NCBI RefSeq assembly: GCF_009914755.1
Contig: NC_060927.1
Direction: 5' to 3' (one strand)
DNA length: 64,000 nucleotides
Source: the human T2T-CHM13v2.0 reference genome, Homo sapiens
In this document: positions 60,211 through 64,000 of the stretch, piece by piece
How positions within the stretch are numbered: position 1 is the stretch's first letter
Layout: each line of letters starts with the position of its first letter
Position numbers and translations under genes: made by a program
Notes under the pieces: generated by a model
What the model saw: only the letters and a program-made list of their open reading frames with translations
The model's database searches: none
Told to the model about the DNA's origin: nothing

Positions 60211-60290
60211 TGTGTATGTGTGTGTGTGTGTGTGCATGCACACATGTGTGCACACAATCATATGTGTATGTACTCACATGCATGTTTAGA
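60209..60290. repeat. (TG)n microsatellite with degenerate extension
   Basis: gtgtgtatgtgtgtgtgtgtgtgtgcatgcacacatgtgtg. Confidence 0.85.
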
Positions 60291-61214
60291 AGAGGGTTAT
60301 ATGTGTGACAAAGTGATTCCCAGAGACACATGTGTTGAAAGCCATGATCAATATTCTGCCTTCCTGTTTCCCTGTGACATGCACCACATACTTGAAACTA
60401 CCACCTTATCCCCCTCTAAGCCTCATCTATTGCAAATATACTTGGAGGAAGCCGAAGTTATAAAGTTGTTATTTATTTTTACAGCATGCATTGGGAGCTA
60501 TAAGACACACTGCACAACCCAATGAGAAATTAATTGTGAAGACGTAAACACAGGCCAGATTTCCATTTCACCTTGGTGCCCTACTGGGTTATGCAGACTG
60601 AGAATTTGGCTCAGTGACTGAAAAAAATTCCTAGCCAAATGATTGTGTTGAGAACTGGAAGCAAAAGTATTAAGTAAAACACACAACATCAAAAACAATA
60701 CTATTATATCATTAATTTTACAAAATACATTTACTCCTATAGTCTTGTGTTTCTTTTGTTGCCAGTAGAATAATTTTCTCTCTGAAAACCATTGCCTTAA
60801 AGTTAACCTTAAAAAAATAAAACAGGGCAAGTTGTTTTTTGCAAATGACTTGTATCACTATTTGAAATGGTTTCCAGTTAGTATTCCCTAATGGTGTTCC
60901 TGCTAACTTCCTACTAAAATCCATTTCAAGGCCCAGAAAAGGCAAACAATTCCAACACTACGGAAAACCCTATGCAATGGACAAGCTTGTGTGGAATATC
61001 ACAGGAGTTTTCAATACTCATAATGCTGACAATGGTTATTTTGAGAAAAGCAAACAGGAGAATAGAGCATCGTTGTCTGTCTAAAGATGGCAGAAACATA
61101 CTTTGTTCATAGCCCCGCTGTCTACCCCAATTTGAAGAACACGTGCTTGTATCAACCAAAAAACCTATGACAACACATCATAGGGCAGGAATGAAAGGTG
61201 AATTAGGGATGTAG

Positions 61215-61337
61215 TGTCAGCTACACAAAGGCAGGGATTTCTATGTTCTATTTCTGTCTCTTGCTCTATGCTTTATTCATTGGCTGGCACACAGTAGAAG
61301 CTTAATTAATATTTGCTGAATAAATGTGAATGAATGA
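61215..61337 (+). mobile_element. L2 3' terminus
   Basis: ggcagggatttctatg…ctggcacacagtagaagcttaattaatatttgctgaataaatgtgaatgaatgaa. Confidence 0.75.
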
Positions 61338-61904
61338 AGGAAAGAATGGGGGATGGAGGATGGCATTTTCAAAGGCATATTGCATCCCGTGGGACTAAGT
61401 GTCCCATTAGTAAAATGGTAGCCATGGGTGGAGATCCCAGGAGTAGAATGTGCTTCATTGGCCAGACAGCCTGGAAACTAAGTGGTAAGGACAGCAGAAA
61501 ATTCTGTGCAAATAGGGCATAGCTCGAAAGATGAATGTTTGCTAGATCCTGGGCCCTGGGTAATAAATGTTGCAAACTGACCTCTAGCTATGGCTCCAAG
61601 AAAAGAATGTGATGAACAACTAGATGAGCATTGAGGGGAGCCAGGGGCAATCCACACACCTGTCCATTGGCGAATACTGAGTCTGGAAAGATTTCTCTAT
61701 AGTCAAGTACTAGCAAAGACAAGAAAATTAACACAAAGCTTATCAAGATGTTTTACTGAATGAGGAAAAAGGAACATCTTCCTGCAGACCCAGAAAAAAT
61801 GAGCTTCTGGAATCAGGACAAAGTTTTAGAAAACTGTTAGGCATCCTCAAAAGCATGCAATTATCCTGGAGTAATAAGAAAACAATTGGAAAGCCACCAG
61901 GGAA

Positions 61905-63155
61905 AGAAGAGATTACATTGCTGGTGTTTAAGTTAATTCAACCTTATTGGAAAGCAATTTGGCAAAATGTATTTTGAACTTTAAAACATATTCTACCCTT
62001 TGACTTTCTAATTCCATTTTTAAGAATCTATCCTAAGAAAGAAATTAGAGATATAATAATTTTACATGAATAAAATAATCACAGTATCATTTATAATAGT
62101 CTAAGATTATTCCAGTATAATATGCTTTAATACAAATGTAAATAATTTTGAATTAAAATTTATTTTATATATAATTGTAATATATTATGTTATATAATAT
62201 ATTATATAATTATGATATATATTATATATTATAATATATAATATATAATATAATTATATAAAATATAATTATAATTATATAATTATATAAAATATGATTA
62301 TATAAAATAATTATATAAAATAAAAATTATACAATTATATATAATTATATATATTTATATATAATTATATATATTTTATATATATAAATATATATTTTAT
62401 ATATATTTATATATATTTTTATATATATAATTATATATAAAATATATAATTATATAAATATATAATTATATAACATATAATATATATTATATAATATATA
62501 TTACATGTATATATATTATAATATACATTATATAATATATATTATATGTATATATTATATGTATATATACATATTATATATACATATATGCATATATACA
62601 TATAATATATATACATATATGTATATATACCCACATATATAATATAACATATATAAATACATATATAATATACATATTATATTATATATTATAATATATA
62701 AATATATAATTTAATATATATTATATAATATACATATTTATTATATTATGTAAATATAATATATAAATATATAAATAATAAGATAAATATAATATATAAA
62801 TTACATATAATTTATATATTGTAACATAAAAATTATTCTAGTCTGATATGCTTTAATACAAATTTAAATAAATAATTTTTATATTAGTTCGTTATTCAGT
62901 TCTTGAAAACATAAACTCAAAAGATAGCTAATAAGATTAGAAAGTGGTCATGCTATTTTTAAGTAAAAAAATAGAATATCTGAATTTTACAGAGCCAATA
63001 AAATTGACTTTAGAAAAACGTACTCAAGTGTTAATAATAATTATCTCTGTGTGAAAGGACTTCAGGTGAATTTTATTTTTTAAAATAATTTTCTGGTTTT
63101 CTCATTTTAGTTAACAAGCATGTATTATTTTACACTCATAAAAATTAAACACTGC
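61905..63155 (+). mobile_element. L1ME-like 3' region, interrupted by an AT-rich tract
   Basis: acattgctggtg…ttggaaagcaatttggcaa…ccctttgactttctaattccatttttaagaatctatcctaagaaa, and on the right caagcatgtattattttacactcataaaaa. Confidence 0.65.
62150..62831. repeat. AT-rich (TA)n-derived low-complexity tract, about 680 bp
   Basis: Almost exclusively A/T, with recurring tataattatata, atatattatata and atatacatat modules. Confidence 0.97.
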
Positions 63156-64000
63156 TCAAATGCCTCCTATTGGTTAATGAAAAGTAAAGATTACTGTTTG
63201 AAACATACACATGCCATCCTCCTTTCCTTTGAGAATCCCACTGAAATGACAAAAGTGCTATACAAAATTGAATAGACCCATGGTGACAGTGAATTCAAAA
63301 AGGGTAGACTTCTTTTGATGGCTAGGTCAGAATAAACTGCAGCCCACATGGACACAGGCTGCAGTGGAGGCAGCATAGCCAGAGGGGTAGGTGAAGAAAT
63401 CCACAGCAGGCTGTGATGGCCATCACATGGGCTCAGCCAACCCACTCCCAGCACTGCAGCTGAGCTCTCTCAACAAAGAGAATGGTTTACCTTAGGCGGA
63501 CTCATGTGTGGGTGCTATGCCGGAGAAGAAGAGAGAAAGGAGGCCTGAGGGGACATGAAGTGACCCCTAATGTTCAAATTGCATCCTATAGGTAATCAAA
63601 GAAAAGCAGACAGACAGTGCCACCAAGAAGAAAATCATTGGAGATGCTTTTGAATCATCTCCAAACACGGGGCAGCTTCATTACTGGCCAACTACAATCT
63701 CTACTGCAAATCTAGCACTGGCAAGAGTGTTATTAAAAAAAAAAAGAGGAAAAGAAGAGCTAATTTTCATCCAAACATTTCTGTAGTGTTTTTGCAAAAC
63801 AGCTATCTGTACTGAGTACAATGAAATCTGCATTAAAGCATATTTTGCCTCTAATGGGCAATTCCCTGTCTTAAGCAATTTCTTCCAAGTGATCCTTTTT
63901 GGTAGAATCCAGCACTTATTTTTAAAAACTTTAGTTAAAATCTCATATATTGGTTACACAATTAATCTTCAGGGTAGATGCAAAATGGGTGTTTCATTGC

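Noticed and set aside
63412-63427. Perfect 16-bp palindrome tgtgatggccatcaca
   Set aside because: About one is expected by chance in 64 kb (64000 x 4^-8 is roughly 1).
63638-63664. 9-bp stem hairpin ttggagatg…catctccaa
   Set aside because: Chance-level once variable loop lengths are allowed, and too short for a pre-miRNA.

Overview
This is primate (most likely human) non-coding genomic DNA, either intronic or intergenic, and I cannot name the locus. I find no supportable host protein-coding gene or RNA gene. The ORF-track entries are L1 remnants, Alu or microsatellite read-throughs, or chance ORFs. The window is dominated by interspersed repeats: a full-length but inactivated L1PA5-like LINE-1 (3806-9941, 15-bp TSD, splitting a MIR), a full-length Tigger1 (27685-30096), 5'-truncated L1PB1, L1PA16 and L1MA elements with TSDs, older L1M pieces, eight Alus, MaLR/ERVL LTRs, MER5/MER91, MIR and L2. 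Subfamily names come from recalled consensus diagnostics, not from a search. The most unusual structure the repeats do not explain is a non-Alu inverted duplication with ~213-bp arms (52859-53071 / 53718-53932, ~80% identical by manual alignment). Its 646-bp loop holds a candidate 167-nt non-coding exon, a geometry seen in RNA-structure-controlled skipping and back-splicing, but function is unproven. Other notable items are a 19-nt 3' transduction on L1PB1, an AluY with a duplicated B box, a head-to-head inverted Alu pair 96 bp apart, a ~680-bp AT-rich tract bracketed by a ~45-bp direct repeat, a CpG-enriched patch at ~49.5 kb, and a good CTCF motif at 47289.
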